In this document: one piece after another, positions 17,712 through 28,225 of the stretch
Position numbering within the stretch: position 1 is the stretch's first letter
How the letters are laid out: the number at the start of each line of letters is the position of its first letter
From: a bacterium
GTDB lineage: Bacteria > Armatimonadota > Chthonomonadetes > Chthonomonadales > CAJBBX01
Direction: 5' to 3'
NCBI GenBank assembly: GCA_021811565.1
Contig: JAJZOL010000238.1
Location: forward strand, 5,257 to 69,256
DNA length: 64,000 nt
Program-made: the position numbers and the translations under genes
The notes under the pieces: generated by a model
Seen by the model: the letters and a program-made list of their open reading frames with translations, nothing else
The model's database searches: none
Told to the model about the DNA's origin: nothing

Positions 17712-19226
17712 ATGATTGTTGCGCCTTGTGAGAGCGTCCCTCAACAGAAACCTCAACCTTGCATCATGACGTTGTTTGGAGCGACCGGCGATTTAACCCG
17801 TAGGAAACTCATTCCCGCTCTATTTTCGCTTCATACGCAGGACCTGTTGCCGGAACCATTTATTATCGTCGCGTATGCTCGCAAACAGAAGGACAATGAT
17901 ATATTTCGAACAGAGATGTTAGAGGCGATTAATGAATTCGCGGATATAGGCGCCGTCCCGATGGATAAATGGCGATCGTTTGCATCCAATACCTATTATC
18001 ATCAGGCGGAACTAGGCGACGCCGATGGTTATCATTCTCTAAGGACGCTCCTGGCTGAGTTGAACAAGAGATACGGGGTATGCGGCAATCATCTTTATTA
18101 TCTGGCAACCCCGCCGGACTATTTCTCAACCATCATTAAGAATTTACGGGATTCCGGATTAACCCATGCGGAGCCGCCGAATTCGGGATGGAACCGAATC
18201 ATGATTGAGAAGCCGTTTGGTCGTGATTTGGGCTCCGCACATGAGCTGAATGAACTCTTGAAGACCGCTTTTCAAGAGAATGACATATTTCGCGTGGATC
18301 ATTACCTCGGCAAGGAGACAGTTCAGAACATATTGGTCATGAGATTCGCAAACCATCTCTTTGAATTGCTCTGGAACCACCTTTACATTGATCACATTCA
18401 AATCACGGTCGCTGAAACACTTGGGATGGAGGGTAGGGGGGCTTATTTTGACAAAGCGGGAATTTGCCGGGATATCATTCAAAATCACGCATTGCAGATT
18501 CTCACGCTTATTGCGATGGAGCCTCCGATATCCTTGAACCCAAATCACATTCGCGACGAAAAGGTGAAGGTTTTGAGGTCCATACGTCCGTTTAGAAAGG
18601 ATGAGCTTAGCGAAAACACTGTTCGAGCGCAGTATGTATCCGATGGCACGAATCCTGGATATTCGCAGGAGCCGGGAGTGCATGCGGGGTCCCAATCGGA
18701 GACATACGCCTCACTGCGATTTTATGTGGACAACTGGAGATGGTCCGGAGTTCCGTTTTATGTTCGAGCTGGGAAGAGACTTCCATCACGTGTAACGGAG
18801 GTAAGCATACAACTTAAAGCTGCGCCGGATGTTCTTTTCGCGAGAATGGACTGCATGAACATTCATCCAAATCGCATCGTTTTTCGAATTCAGCCAAACG
18901 AAGGCGTGGAGATATACGTTAGCGCCAAGGAGCCTGAAATGGGAATGTCCGTAAAGCCCGTTCGGATGCGTTTTGATTACAGCGAGGAATTCGGCAGGGC
19001 GATTCCGGATGCATATGAGCGCCTAATCTTAAACGCGATGCAGGGGGACACCTCTCTATTCGCCCGCGATGACGAGGTTGAGGAGGCTTGGAAACTTTTA
19101 CAGCCCGTTTTGGAAGGCTGGAGTGAGTCGAACACGCCACCATGCAACTATCGAATTGGCGAGTGGGGGCCTGCAAACTCCGACGCACTTTTAGCCAAGG
19201 ATGGAAGAAGATGGTGGAACAGGTAA
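17712..19226 (+). CDS. zwf: Glucose-6-phosphate 1-dehydrogenase
   Basis: FGATGDLTRRKL, EKPFG, RVDHYLGKE, RDIIQNH, WRWSGVPFYVRAGK, DAYERL. Confidence 0.98.
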   Translation: MIVAPCESVPQQKPQPCIMTLFGATGDLTRRKLIPALFSLHTQDLLPEPFIIVAYARKQKDNDIFRTEMLEAINEFADIGAVPMDKWRSFASNTYYHQAELGDADGYHSLRTLLAELNKRYGVCGNHLYYLATPPDYFSTIIKNLRDSGLTHAEPPNSGWNRIMIEKPFGRDLGSAHELNELLKTAFQENDIFRVDHYLGKETVQNILVMRFANHLFELLWNHLYIDHIQITVAETLGMEGRGAYFDKAGICRDIIQNHALQILTLIAMEPPISLNPNHIRDEKVKVLRSIRPFRKDELSENTVRAQYVSDGTNPGYSQEPGVHAGSQSETYASLRFYVDNWRWSGVPFYVRAGKRLPSRVTEVSIQLKAAPDVLFARMDCMNIHPNRIVFRIQPNEGVEIYVSAKEPEMGMSVKPVRMRFDYSEEFGRAIPDAYERLILNAMQGDTSLFARDDEVEEAWKLLQPVLEGWSESNTPPCNYRIGEWGPANSDALLAKDGRRWWNR

Positions 19227-19244
19227 TTCCTTATGCGTCGTCTT

Positions 19245-20627
19245 TCACTCAAAAGATACGAAGAAACCCTCCACTTTTCCATCCTGTCGTAACGTAAAGG
19301 TGACTGCAAGGTTACCGACGGCGTAAATCGCTTTGTAGGTGAGGATTGTGTTTTCACCTTCGACTTTTTGTCCAATCAGTTGGAGCTTTTTAAGTTCGCC
19401 TTGAGACGAAAGAATGCGTATCGCCTCCACGCCCTGATTGCCTGTTAAAACATTGTACATGTCGGAGGTGAAGTCATCGGGATCCATGTGACGCGAGGCA
19501 ATGCCTTCGAGTATCCGAGTGAGTCTTAATGTGCGTCCCGGGTTGGAGTCCGGAATGATTTTAGCTTTTATTTTCATCCCCGGCACAATCTCGTAGGCGA
19601 TATGCAGCGAGATGCCAGCGACATCCGCGTTAAAAAGATTGGTCAGCAGAATGATCGTTATGTGATCCGCCGGATACTTTGATATGATGGTGGAATATCC
19701 AGCCGTGCCTCCGGCATGTTCCACTAACAGATGCCCGTTTACATTCCCGAGAGCCCATCCCAGACCATAGCCTGTTTTGGATCCATCGTTCAGAATCGCT
19801 GGTGTCCACATCAAATTCTTTTCGGAATCGGATAATATGGTGTTTTGGTCCAGCGCTCTGTTCCATTTGATTAGATCATCCAAATCCGATAGAAGAAATC
19901 CCGCCCCGAGTACCGAATCGGAATACATGAAGGGCTCATTTTGTAAATGATGGTCATAGAGATAGCCAGGAGCACGATTTGGTACAATCTTGTCCGGTCC
20001 GGTGGGAATTGTCGCCAGCATGTGAAGCGGGGATAAGATGTTCTTGCTCATGAAATCGAACAAGCCCATGTGTGTAATTTTTTCTATGATCAGGCTGAGC
20101 AAGTAGTAATTGGTGTTACTGTATTCGTATTTGCTTCCGGGAGGGAAGTCAAGAGGGAGGCGGTTTACAAGTGAGAGTATCTTTTCCGGGGTTTCAGGGT
20201 TACGCACAATCTCAAAAAAATCGCCATGCGCTGTGAAATTAGGAACTCCTGACGTGTGGGTTAATAGTTGTTCCAGTGTGATGGGTTTCCAAGCATTCGG
20301 AATATCGACGAGATATTGAGACAGGGTGTCGGATAGGTGCAGTTTTCCTTCGCGTCTGAGTAAAAGGATGCATGTGGCGGTGAACTGCTTGGTCATCGAG
20401 CCAATCTCGAAAACATCCCTCACGTTGGCAGGCGTGCGAAGTTCCACATCGGCGACACCATAGGCTTTTTTCTTAATACATTTACCATTGCGTATGATCG
20501 CTAACGTCGCTGCAGGAATATGCTCCCTCTGCATGGCATATCGGACAATTCGGTCGTAGATATCCGCACGAGATTGAGAGCTGGATGAGAACAAAAATAG
20601 AATGCATATACCTGCGATGATTTTCAT
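19245..20627 (-). CDS. Exported serine hydrolase (beta-lactamase/AmpC-like family)
   Basis: Signal peptide; SxxK (GSMTKQF), LLTHTSG, YSN (YSNTNY), HAGG. Confidence 0.9.
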   Translation of the reverse strand: MKIIAGICILFLFSSSSQSRADIYDRIVRYAMQREHIPAATLAIIRNGKCIKKKAYGVADVELRTPANVRDVFEIGSMTKQFTATCILLLRREGKLHLSDTLSQYLVDIPNAWKPITLEQLLTHTSGVPNFTAHGDFFEIVRNPETPEKILSLVNRLPLDFPPGSKYEYSNTNYYLLSLIIEKITHMGLFDFMSKNILSPLHMLATIPTGPDKIVPNRAPGYLYDHHLQNEPFMYSDSVLGAGFLLSDLDDLIKWNRALDQNTILSDSEKNLMWTPAILNDGSKTGYGLGWALGNVNGHLLVEHAGGTAGYSTIISKYPADHITIILLTNLFNADVAGISLHIAYEIVPGMKIKAKIIPDSNPGRTLRLTRILEGIASRHMDPDDFTSDMYNVLTGNQGVEAIRILSSQGELKKLQLIGQKVEGENTILTYKAIYAVGNLAVTFTLRQDGKVEGFFVSFE

Positions 20628-20649
20628 ATAGTATGACCTGAGCCTTATG

Positions 20650-20681
20650 TTAAGAAAGCCCTTCGAAAAATATCGAAGGGC
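20650..20681 (-). terminator. Intrinsic terminator after the Hyi-family gene
   Basis: GCCCTTCGA-6nt-TCGAAGGGC perfect 9-bp stem followed by TTTCTT on the minus strand. Confidence 0.75.
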
Positions 20682-20687
20682 GAAATC

Positions 20688-21473
20688 TCATACGTTGCAA
20701 ATACGATACGCTTCACGGAGCGATGTCAAGGGGTCACGACGGGGAATGAATTCGTGAGCCACAAAACCGTCGTAACCGGAATTTGCGATCTCACGCATCA
20801 CTCTGGGATAGTATATTTCCTGTGTGTCATCAATCTCATTGCGCCCCGGATTGCCGCCGGTATGGAAATGACCGATATACTGAATATTCTCTCTTATGGT
20901 TGCGCAGATGTCTCCCTCCATGATCTGCATATGGTAGATATCGTATAGGAGCTTAAATCTTTCCGATCCAACCGCCTTCACGACTTCAGCCCCCCAGGCG
21001 GTTGAATCGCATTGGTAATCCCGATGGTCCCGTTTACTGTTTAGTAACTCCATGCATATGGTCACTTTGTACTTTTCGGCGATGGGCATAATCCTTTTCA
21101 AACCCTTCACGCAGTTTGCCAATCCGTCGTCATCGGAGATTCCATTACGGTTGCCCGAAAAAGTGATAAGGTTGGGAAATCCTGCGGAAGCGACAAGCGG
21201 GATCATATTTTCCGCCTCTTGAACCAGCTCGTCGTGGTTTTCGATGCGGTTAAATCCATCCGGTATATTGCCGATGCCGGAAGCCATCGTGCAGATCAGT
21301 CCATGTTTCCTTACGGTATCCCAATCATTCGGACCAAGAAGGTCGAGACCAACCAATCCGATTTTTTTCACTTCAATGCATAATTCATCCAAGGATAACC
21401 CACCAAAACACCAACGACTTACTGATTGTATTATCTTTCCATTACCACCTGAACCGGAAATGTCCGCAGCCAT
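20688..21473 (-). CDS. Hydroxypyruvate isomerase-family (xylose-isomerase-like TIM barrel) protein
   Basis: QSVSRWCF, ITFSGNR, CMELLNSKRDHRDYQCD, LLYDIYHMQIMEG, HFHTGGNPGRNE, HEFIP. Confidence 0.9.
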   Translation of the reverse strand: MAADISGSGGNGKIIQSVSRWCFGGLSLDELCIEVKKIGLVGLDLLGPNDWDTVRKHGLICTMASGIGNIPDGFNRIENHDELVQEAENMIPLVASAGFPNLITFSGNRNGISDDDGLANCVKGLKRIMPIAEKYKVTICMELLNSKRDHRDYQCDSTAWGAEVVKAVGSERFKLLYDIYHMQIMEGDICATIRENIQYIGHFHTGGNPGRNEIDDTQEIYYPRVMREIANSGYDGFVAHEFIPRRDPLTSLREAYRICNV

Positions 21474-21755
21474 TTAATCATCTCTCCTTCCATATATGTG
21501 TACGCATTCAGAGGAGGCATCTTATTGGATTCAGCGTCAATTTTGATGCGACCCTTCAAAGCTATGCTATTCTGTCCGACAATACGATAATCATACCCAA
21601 CGCTCTGTCAAATTAACATCACGTTTGAGTTAGCGCGTCCTTTGTTTTTATGATCCCATTAGCTTCTCATATGCCTGCCCATGTGTACGGGCGGGGACTT
21701 GGGTGGGAAACCAATATTTTCACCCTATCGAGATATTCGGTGAAAGGATTTTGTC

Positions 21756-24203
21756 ATGATTTTGGAGGTTTGGAAAAGCGGACTCGCAAGACGTTTCATA
21801 AAAATATTTCTTTTCCTTGTAACCGCGCCATTGACTATCACATTGTTGTTTCTAGTTATTACCGGCGCCCGTGAAGTCGGAACGCTCACGAATGATATCC
21901 AAAATATAGTTACCATGGCGATGACATCAGTGTGCTCGCAGTTCAAGAGAGTGGGGGCGAAATCCATCAATGAATCCACGCAAGAAAGCTCACGCATTTC
22001 CGTTGCAATATTGAAGTCAACCTATCAGAATATGGATCATTCCCAGCAGAGGATTATTGAACATTCCATGAACGGCATGCGAAATCTGGCAGAGCGATCG
22101 ATCAATGAAACATCCTCGCAAACGCTAAGGGAAAATAGAAAAGAGCTGACGACAGTAACTCGAGTAATGAACGGGATGTTCGCAAAGACAAACGCATCCA
22201 TCGAGAAATCATCGCTCTCAAGGATCGACGGATATTTGTTGGAGGAGCATGCAAAGTTGTTGCATCAATATGCTCTTGATCTTGCGAATGACATAAATGA
22301 CAGAATCCTAAGAACAAGGACTGTGATGGAACTGATAGGATCCATACAAAACAAAAGCGGACGATTTTCAAACGATCAACTAAATGTAATCAAAGCGCTG
22401 TTATCACAGCAAGACGATATTCATGGACTATCCTTGGTCGACCCGCAAGGACGCGTGTTGGAATCCGTTAGATATAATGGAAACCGTTTTCTCATTGTGG
22501 ATGATATTGAAAAAACGAGCGAAAAACATTCGAACCTGAAATTCTCAGGATCCATGCCCGAAAAGAGCCAGGGCAGTATGACGCCCCCGCTTGAAATTCA
22601 AGTTATCGCCCCTGGCCCATACTTCAACGGAAAACTAGGCGCATTAAAGTGCATGATGTCACTGGGAAGCTTGGAAAGAAACTTCCAGAAAACGATAGAT
22701 CAAAAAGACGCTCGTTTTTTCATCTCCAAAATCGGATATCACGATATCCGCGCAGACAGAATCAGATTCACGGGTTACATAACAAGTTCCGCGACGATCC
22801 CGTCGGTAAGTGAGAATATCGTCGTCATGGAATCCGCTCGTGAAATACTTCAGCCAATCTCATCATTCACCAGGAGCATCAACTCATCTTTAAATAAAGC
22901 TCAATATGATTTGAACAGACGCCTCTGCGCAGCGGTTAACAATACCAATATCAACATCAAACATGACACCGCGATATTAAACCGCAAAATATCGGAGAAG
23001 TACGAGATGTCATCCCGACGGTTGGAGCAAAACCTTCATCGTGACGCCGCGCTAAGAGCCTTCAACAAACTGGCAATGATGCGATCCGCGATATTAAAGC
23101 ACACTAATCAATTGATGATGGAAAACCAAGCGCAGATGAACCATGCGAACGAAATCGCCACTCTTAACCTCGAATCCAATTTCAAACCGATGATATCCAT
23201 GACGACCATCATGGCGGGATATGGAATGGTTAGGATGTCTCTTCTGTTGATCCTCATTGCCATCGTTATAGGGGTGATCTCGGCGATGTATCTTTCCATG
23301 CGAATAGTCACTCCCATTATTAGATTATCCACCGCGACGAATGAGATATGCCAGAAACGAATGGATGCAAAAGTGGAGGAAAATGGAGCGGATGAGATCG
23401 GGCAATTGGCGCACTCATTCAATACTATGGTGGATTCGCTATGCCAAAGTCAAGCCGAATTGAAGGATGCCGAGGCGCAATTAATCCAAAGCGCAAAAAT
23501 GGCATCTCTAGGAACTCTCTCAGCGGGGGTTGCGCATGAATTAAACCAACCACTCGCGGTTATTCGCGGAGTTGCGCAGCAAATAAAACATACGGATGGA
23601 CTTTGCAAGGATTTGACCGAAGACGTGGAATTGATCGAGGGTCAAACCACCCGTATGATGAAAATAATCAAACACCTGAGGACATTTTCGCGCATTGGAG
23701 GATCGGAATACGGGAATGTTGATCTTAATCAAGTGGTACAAAACTGTTTTATCTTTGTCGGGGAGCAATTGAAATCGCATAACATAACAGTGGAAACGGA
23801 ATTGGACCCCGCATTGCCATCCATCATTGGAGATGCGAATGAGATGGAACAGGTTTTGTTGAACCTGATAACAAATTCCCGCGACTCTCTCGATTCCATC
23901 AAAACCATGGATGACAAACGCATCCGAATTCAAACCTATCATGATGCGCATAGGGTGGTGCTGACGTTTCAAGACAACGGGGCGGGAATTCCCGAAAACA
24001 TCCTGAACAAAATATTCGATCCTTTCTTCACCACCAAAGATCCGGGCAAGGGTACGGGATTGGGGCTATCCATCAGCCATGGAATCATCAATAAGATGGG
24101 AGGATCCATTCAAGCCAAGAATGATAATGGTGCGCTGTTTATTATTTGTTTGAACCCGGTTGCCGCAGTACAGGACAATCAACGCTTGGTGGATGCGGCG
24201 TGA
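21756..24203 (+). CDS. Membrane sensor histidine kinase (2 TM, large extracytoplasmic domain, HAMP, HisKA, HATPase)
   Basis: [13 protein letters not shown] (HAMP), [11 protein letters not shown] (H box), [29 protein letters not shown]. Confidence 0.95.
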   Translation: MILEVWKSGLARRFIKIFLFLVTAPLTITLLFLVITGAREVGTLTNDIQNIVTMAMTSVCSQFKRVGAKSINESTQESSRISVAILKSTYQNMDHSQQRIIEHSMNGMRNLAERSINETSSQTLRENRKELTTVTRVMNGMFAKTNASIEKSSLSRIDGYLLEEHAKLLHQYALDLANDINDRILRTRTVMELIGSIQNKSGRFSNDQLNVIKALLSQQDDIHGLSLVDPQGRVLESVRYNGNRFLIVDDIEKTSEKHSNLKFSGSMPEKSQGSMTPPLEIQVIAPGPYFNGKLGALKCMMSLGSLERNFQKTIDQKDARFFISKIGYHDIRADRIRFTGYITSSATIPSVSENIVVMESAREILQPISSFTRSINSSLNKAQYDLNRRLCAAVNNTNINIKHDTAILNRKISEKYEMSSRRLEQNLHRDAALRAFNKLAMMRSAILKHTNQLMMENQAQMNHANEIATLNLESNFKPMISMTTIMAGYGMVRMSLLLILIAIVIGVISAMYLSMRIVTPIIRLSTATNEICQKRMDAKVEENGADEIGQLAHSFNTMVDSLCQSQAELKDAEAQLIQSAKMASLGTLSAGVAHELNQPLAVIRGVAQQIKHTDGLCKDLTEDVELIEGQTTRMMKIIKHLRTFSRIGGSEYGNVDLNQVVQNCFIFVGEQLKSHNITVETELDPALPSIIGDANEMEQVLLNLITNSRDSLDSIKTMDDKRIRIQTYHDAHRVVLTFQDNGAGIPENILNKIFDPFFTTKDPGKGTGLGLSISHGIINKMGGSIQAKNDNGALFIICLNPVAAVQDNQRLVDAA

Positions 24204-24386
24204 GTCGGAAAAAAGCATGAGTGTCATAATTCCATGGATGCATATGTTCCGTCGGAAGAGAAAAATGTGCGAAAAATGTCGCATTCCGTTCGCTCATTCA
24301 AAAGCAGGGAGTGATATCGAAAACCGGTTCATGTTTGCAAAATAAATGCACTACAAAAACGGGAGCTACTTTCCAAAAATTAAGAC

Positions 24387-25994
24387 ATGCTTCGCCTGGA
24401 TGCGAAATGGATAATGGAGCGCGATATGGCAAAAGTGCTATTAGCCGATGACGAAGCCGCTTTACGGCTATTGATGGGACGTCAACTGAGTAAAGCCGGG
24501 CATGAAGTAATTCACGCATCAGATGGTTTGGACGCCTTTCAAATAATGGAAAGGGACCCTACATTCGATGTGGTGGTGAGTGACATCAAGATGCCAAAGC
24601 TTGATGGCATGGGGTTGCTTTCGCGTGCAAAGAGCATTATTCCCGACACGGAATTTATTATATTGACCGGGCATGGTTCCATGGAGAATGCCGTGGAAGC
24701 GTTTAAAACCGGAAATGTGTTTGATTATCTTCTCAAACCGCTTGATGATATCAACGAACTGGATGCAGTGGTGGATCGCGCAGTGGAACGCAGACGGCTG
24801 AGAATGGAGAATAAGAAGCTTATCCGCGATCTCGAAATCAGAGTCCACGAGTTGGAGGCTACTCGACAGGAACTGGCAAATCTAGCCGAGCATGATGGTT
24901 TGACGGGATTGTTGAACCATCGCACAATTCATGGCAAATTAATGGATCGCGTTAATACACATCCCAACGACCATATTACAGTAATGATGATTGATATGGA
25001 TGGCTTCAAACAGTTCAATGATACATATGGTCATCAGGTTGGAGACCAGGTTTTAAAGCATATCGCGAATATCCTAAGACAGACCTTTTCCGATGAGGTG
25101 GATACCGGCAGGTGCGGCGGCGATGAATTCATGGCTATATTGCCCCGATGCAGCGCTCCGGAAGCTAGTATCATTGCGGACCGCATAAAAAGACTTCTGG
25201 TGCAGCATCCCTTCCGCAATCCTGAGGGCGTGGCGATACCAATTCGGTTGTGTTTCGGCATTTCGGATACCACCACCGCAGGCTCGTCGCCCATAAATTT
25301 AGTTGCGGCTGCGGATGCCGCGTTGTTTGAAGGCAAGAAAAAAGGCGGAGACGCCATTATGCTTCATATGACGATCAAGGAGCAAGGGGATGTTGAAAAC
25401 AGAACGACTTTCGATGTTCTCGACAGCCTCGTAACCGCGATCGATAACAAGGATCGTTACACCAAACGACACTCTGAGGATGTCACCACTTATGCGCTCT
25501 TGCTTGCCCAATCCCTTTCGCTATCCGACGAGACCTGTTCCGCCGTGCGGGTGGCAGGATTATTGCATGATGTGGGGAAAATCGGAGTGCCGGACGCCAT
25601 ACTGCGCAAGCCTGGCAAACTCAGCCCGGAAGAGTATGAGATCATGAAAAATCATGTTACGATTTCCGGGTTGATCATTCACGGTTTGCCTAGGCTGGCG
25701 GATGTGTTGGACGCGGTGACGCATCATCACGAAAGGTGGGATGGGAGAGGGTATCCCAGAGGTCTTGCTGGAGAGCAGATTCCCATGCTGGGAAGAGTGA
25801 TGGCGATTGCCGACGCCTTTTCAGCAATGACATTGGATCGGCCTTATCGAGCGGGAATGTCCGTCGAGGACGCGCTTGCTGAAATTGAGAAGGGTTACGG
25901 AACGCAGTTCGATCCAAAGCTTGCAAGGATATTCGTCGGGACTATTCAACAAAGCTCCATCATATGGAAAAGGGAGATCGCCAAGGCCGCATGA
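24387..25994 (+). CDS. REC-GGDEF-HD-GYP response-regulator diguanylate cyclase/phosphodiesterase
   Basis: REC (LLADDE, SDIKMP, LTGH, KP), GGDEF (DMDGFKQFNDTYGHQVGD, RCGGDEF), HD-GYP (HSEDV, LLHDVGK, HHERWDGRGYP). Likely start is ATG 24426 (GGAG RBS). Confidence 0.95.
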   Translation: MLRLDAKWIMERDMAKVLLADDEAALRLLMGRQLSKAGHEVIHASDGLDAFQIMERDPTFDVVVSDIKMPKLDGMGLLSRAKSIIPDTEFIILTGHGSMENAVEAFKTGNVFDYLLKPLDDINELDAVVDRAVERRRLRMENKKLIRDLEIRVHELEATRQELANLAEHDGLTGLLNHRTIHGKLMDRVNTHPNDHITVMMIDMDGFKQFNDTYGHQVGDQVLKHIANILRQTFSDEVDTGRCGGDEFMAILPRCSAPEASIIADRIKRLLVQHPFRNPEGVAIPIRLCFGISDTTTAGSSPINLVAAADAALFEGKKKGGDAIMLHMTIKEQGDVENRTTFDVLDSLVTAIDNKDRYTKRHSEDVTTYALLLAQSLSLSDETCSAVRVAGLLHDVGKIGVPDAILRKPGKLSPEEYEIMKNHVTISGLIIHGLPRLADVLDAVTHHHERWDGRGYPRGLAGEQIPMLGRVMAIADAFSAMTLDRPYRAGMSVEDALAEIEKGYGTQFDPKLARIFVGTIQQSSIIWKREIAKAA

Positions 25995-26084
25995 GATCAT
26001 GATCTGACAACCTTCAGATGAACCATCAACATGCGGTCTCAAAATCGTCCCGATGAGGTATGAAACTCAAGCCATCCCGGAAGG

Positions 26085-27210
26085 CTAACAAAGGCTATTC
26101 ATATTTTCCGCGTTACCAATGTTATCAATTGAGAACAACTCCGCCAACGCGGGCAGATACACTTTCCCTTCGGCTATATTAAGCCCCAGCATCAGCGCCT
26201 TGTCCTTCCTTACCGCGTCACGCCATTCATTCCGAGCAATTTGCACGGCGTATGGTAAAGTCACATTGGTCAAAGCGAACGTGGAGGTGCCAGCGACAGC
26301 GCCAGGCATGTTGGTGACGCAGTAATGCACAACGCCGTCTATGATATAGGTTGGCGAACTGTGAGTGGTCGGATGAGATGTTTCAAAAGCGCCTCCTTGA
26401 TCAATTGCCACATCCACGATGACCGATCCCTTCTTCATTAAACCTAGCATTTCACGGGTGACGAGTATCGGAGTCTTGGTGCCTCTGCTCAAAGCGCACC
26501 CAATCACAAGGTCCGCATTCGCCAGGCATTGTCTAATGTTTTGACGGTTGGAATAGAGGGTTCTTACATTCGGTGGCAATATGTCCGCCAAACGGCGCAA
26601 ACGATCCAAATTGACATCCAAAATGATAACATTCGCGCCCAGACCCGCCGCCATTCGCGCGGCGTTTGATCCCACCACGCCTCCACCAAGTATTACGACA
26701 TTCGCCGGCAAGACTCCCGGCACCCCCCCCCAGAAGAATACCTCTGCCTTCCATGGGCTTTTCCAAATATTTCGCACCTTCGTGCACCGCCATGCGTCCT
26801 GCCACTTCGCTCATCGGGGTAAGCAAGGGCAATGATCCATCCGGAAGCTGGATCGTTTCATACGCAATGCAAACCGCTCCGGATTTCATCATTGCAAAAG
26901 TCAAATCTTTGCTGGCGGCGAAATGAAAATAGGTGAATATCACCTGCCCTTGGCGAATCAATGGATATTCCGAAGGCTGAGGCTCCTTGACCTTCAGAAT
27001 AAGGTCGGATCGGGCATACACCTCCGCCGCAGAGGATGCGATTTGCGCTCCCATTGCGGTATAGTCCTCATTGCATAGACTAGAGCCTGCGCCCGCATCG
27101 CTTTCGACCAGGACGGTGTGTCCCTCTTCCGTCAATATCTCGGCGCCGGCGGGGACTAAAGCGACGCGATATTCATTATTCTTGATCTCTTTTGGAATGC
27201 CGATAATCAT
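26085..27210 (-). pseudogene. ald: Alanine dehydrogenase split by a +1 frameshift in a G9 homopolymer (26723-26731)
   Basis: ORF 26533..27210 encodes the N-terminal half (IGIPKEIKNNEYRVAL...GRGILLGG). ORF 26085..26777 supplies the C-terminal half in another frame (VPGV.PANVVILGGGVVG...DVAIDQGG...VTNMPGAV). Removing one G gives a 374-aa ORF. Confidence 0.9.
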
Positions 27211-27247
27211 CCTCGAAGCCCTTTCAACCGAGTCGTTTGTAAAATCC

Positions 27248-28222
27248 TCACCGATTCATCCAAGTCAGGTAATCTTTCGCATGATAAGTCAATATGATAT
27301 CCGCGCCCGCTCTCTTGATGGCGATTAATGTTTCAGTCACAGTTTTTTCCTCGTCCAGCCAGCCGTTGGCGACCGCCGCTTTGATCATTGAGTACTCACC
27401 GCTAACGTTATACGCAGCGATTGGAAGATGACAGGACTGTCGGGCTTGATAGATGAGGTCGAGGTTGGGAAGCGCGGGTTTCACCATAAGAATATCCGCC
27501 CCCTCCTGCAAATCGAGTTCCGCCTCTTTCATCGCTTCGCGCGAATTGGAACTATCCATCTGATAACTTTTCCGGTCTCCGAACTGAGGCGCACTGTCCG
27601 CCGCTTCTCTGAAAGGTCCATAAAAGGCGCTCGCATGTTTTATGGCGTAAGACATAAGAATGCGAGAGGAGAACCCGTTTGTATCCAATGCTTTGCGAAT
27701 GGCGCCGATTCTCCCATCCATCATGTCGGATGGTGCGATGATATCCGCTCCCGCCTCCGCGTAAGCCAGCGATATGCGGGTCAATAATGGCAGCGTTGCG
27801 TCGTTGTCCACGCATCCATCCCTAAGAGCGCCGCAATGTCCATGAGAAGTGTATTCGCAAAGACAGACATCCGCAACTAACAGTATCTGATCCGAAAAAG
27901 TCGTCTTCAGTCGGCGTAACGCTGTTGGAACGATGCCATCAACGTTCCACGCTTCAGAACCGATCTCATCTTTTGTATCAGGAATGCCAAATAGGATTAT
28001 TCCCGGGACACCGAGACGAATTAATTCCTCCACCTCCTTCAATAGATTGTCCACGCTGAAACGAAACACTCCGGGCATTGACGGAATAGGGGAGGTCTCA
28101 TGAGCATGCACAAAAAGAGGCTGGATCAAATCATCTTGAGTGACTTGAGTTTCACGAACCAGCCTGCGAATATTTTCAGATGCTCTCAATCTTCTAGGAC
28201 GTGAAACAGGATATGAGGACAT
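27248..28222 (-). CDS. hemB: Porphobilinogen synthase (ALA dehydratase)
   Basis: RPRRLR, DVCLCEYTSHGHCG, APSDMMDG, YGPFREA, MVKP, AYNVSGEY. Confidence 0.98.
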   Translation of the reverse strand: MSSYPVSRPRRLRASENIRRLVRETQVTQDDLIQPLFVHAHETSPIPSMPGVFRFSVDNLLKEVEELIRLGVPGIILFGIPDTKDEIGSEAWNVDGIVPTALRRLKTTFSDQILLVADVCLCEYTSHGHCGALRDGCVDNDATLPLLTRISLAYAEAGADIIAPSDMMDGRIGAIRKALDTNGFSSRILMSYAIKHASAFYGPFREAADSAPQFGDRKSYQMDSSNSREAMKEAELDLQEGADILMVKPALPNLDLIYQARQSCHLPIAAYNVSGEYSMIKAAVANGWLDEEKTVTETLIAIKRAGADIILTYHAKDYLTWMNR

Positions 28223-28225
28223 TTT

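Noticed and set aside
24217-24345. 42-aa ORF with a CEKC motif between the kinase and the response regulator
   Set aside because: No convincing RBS, a single CxxC and no other support; probably chance.
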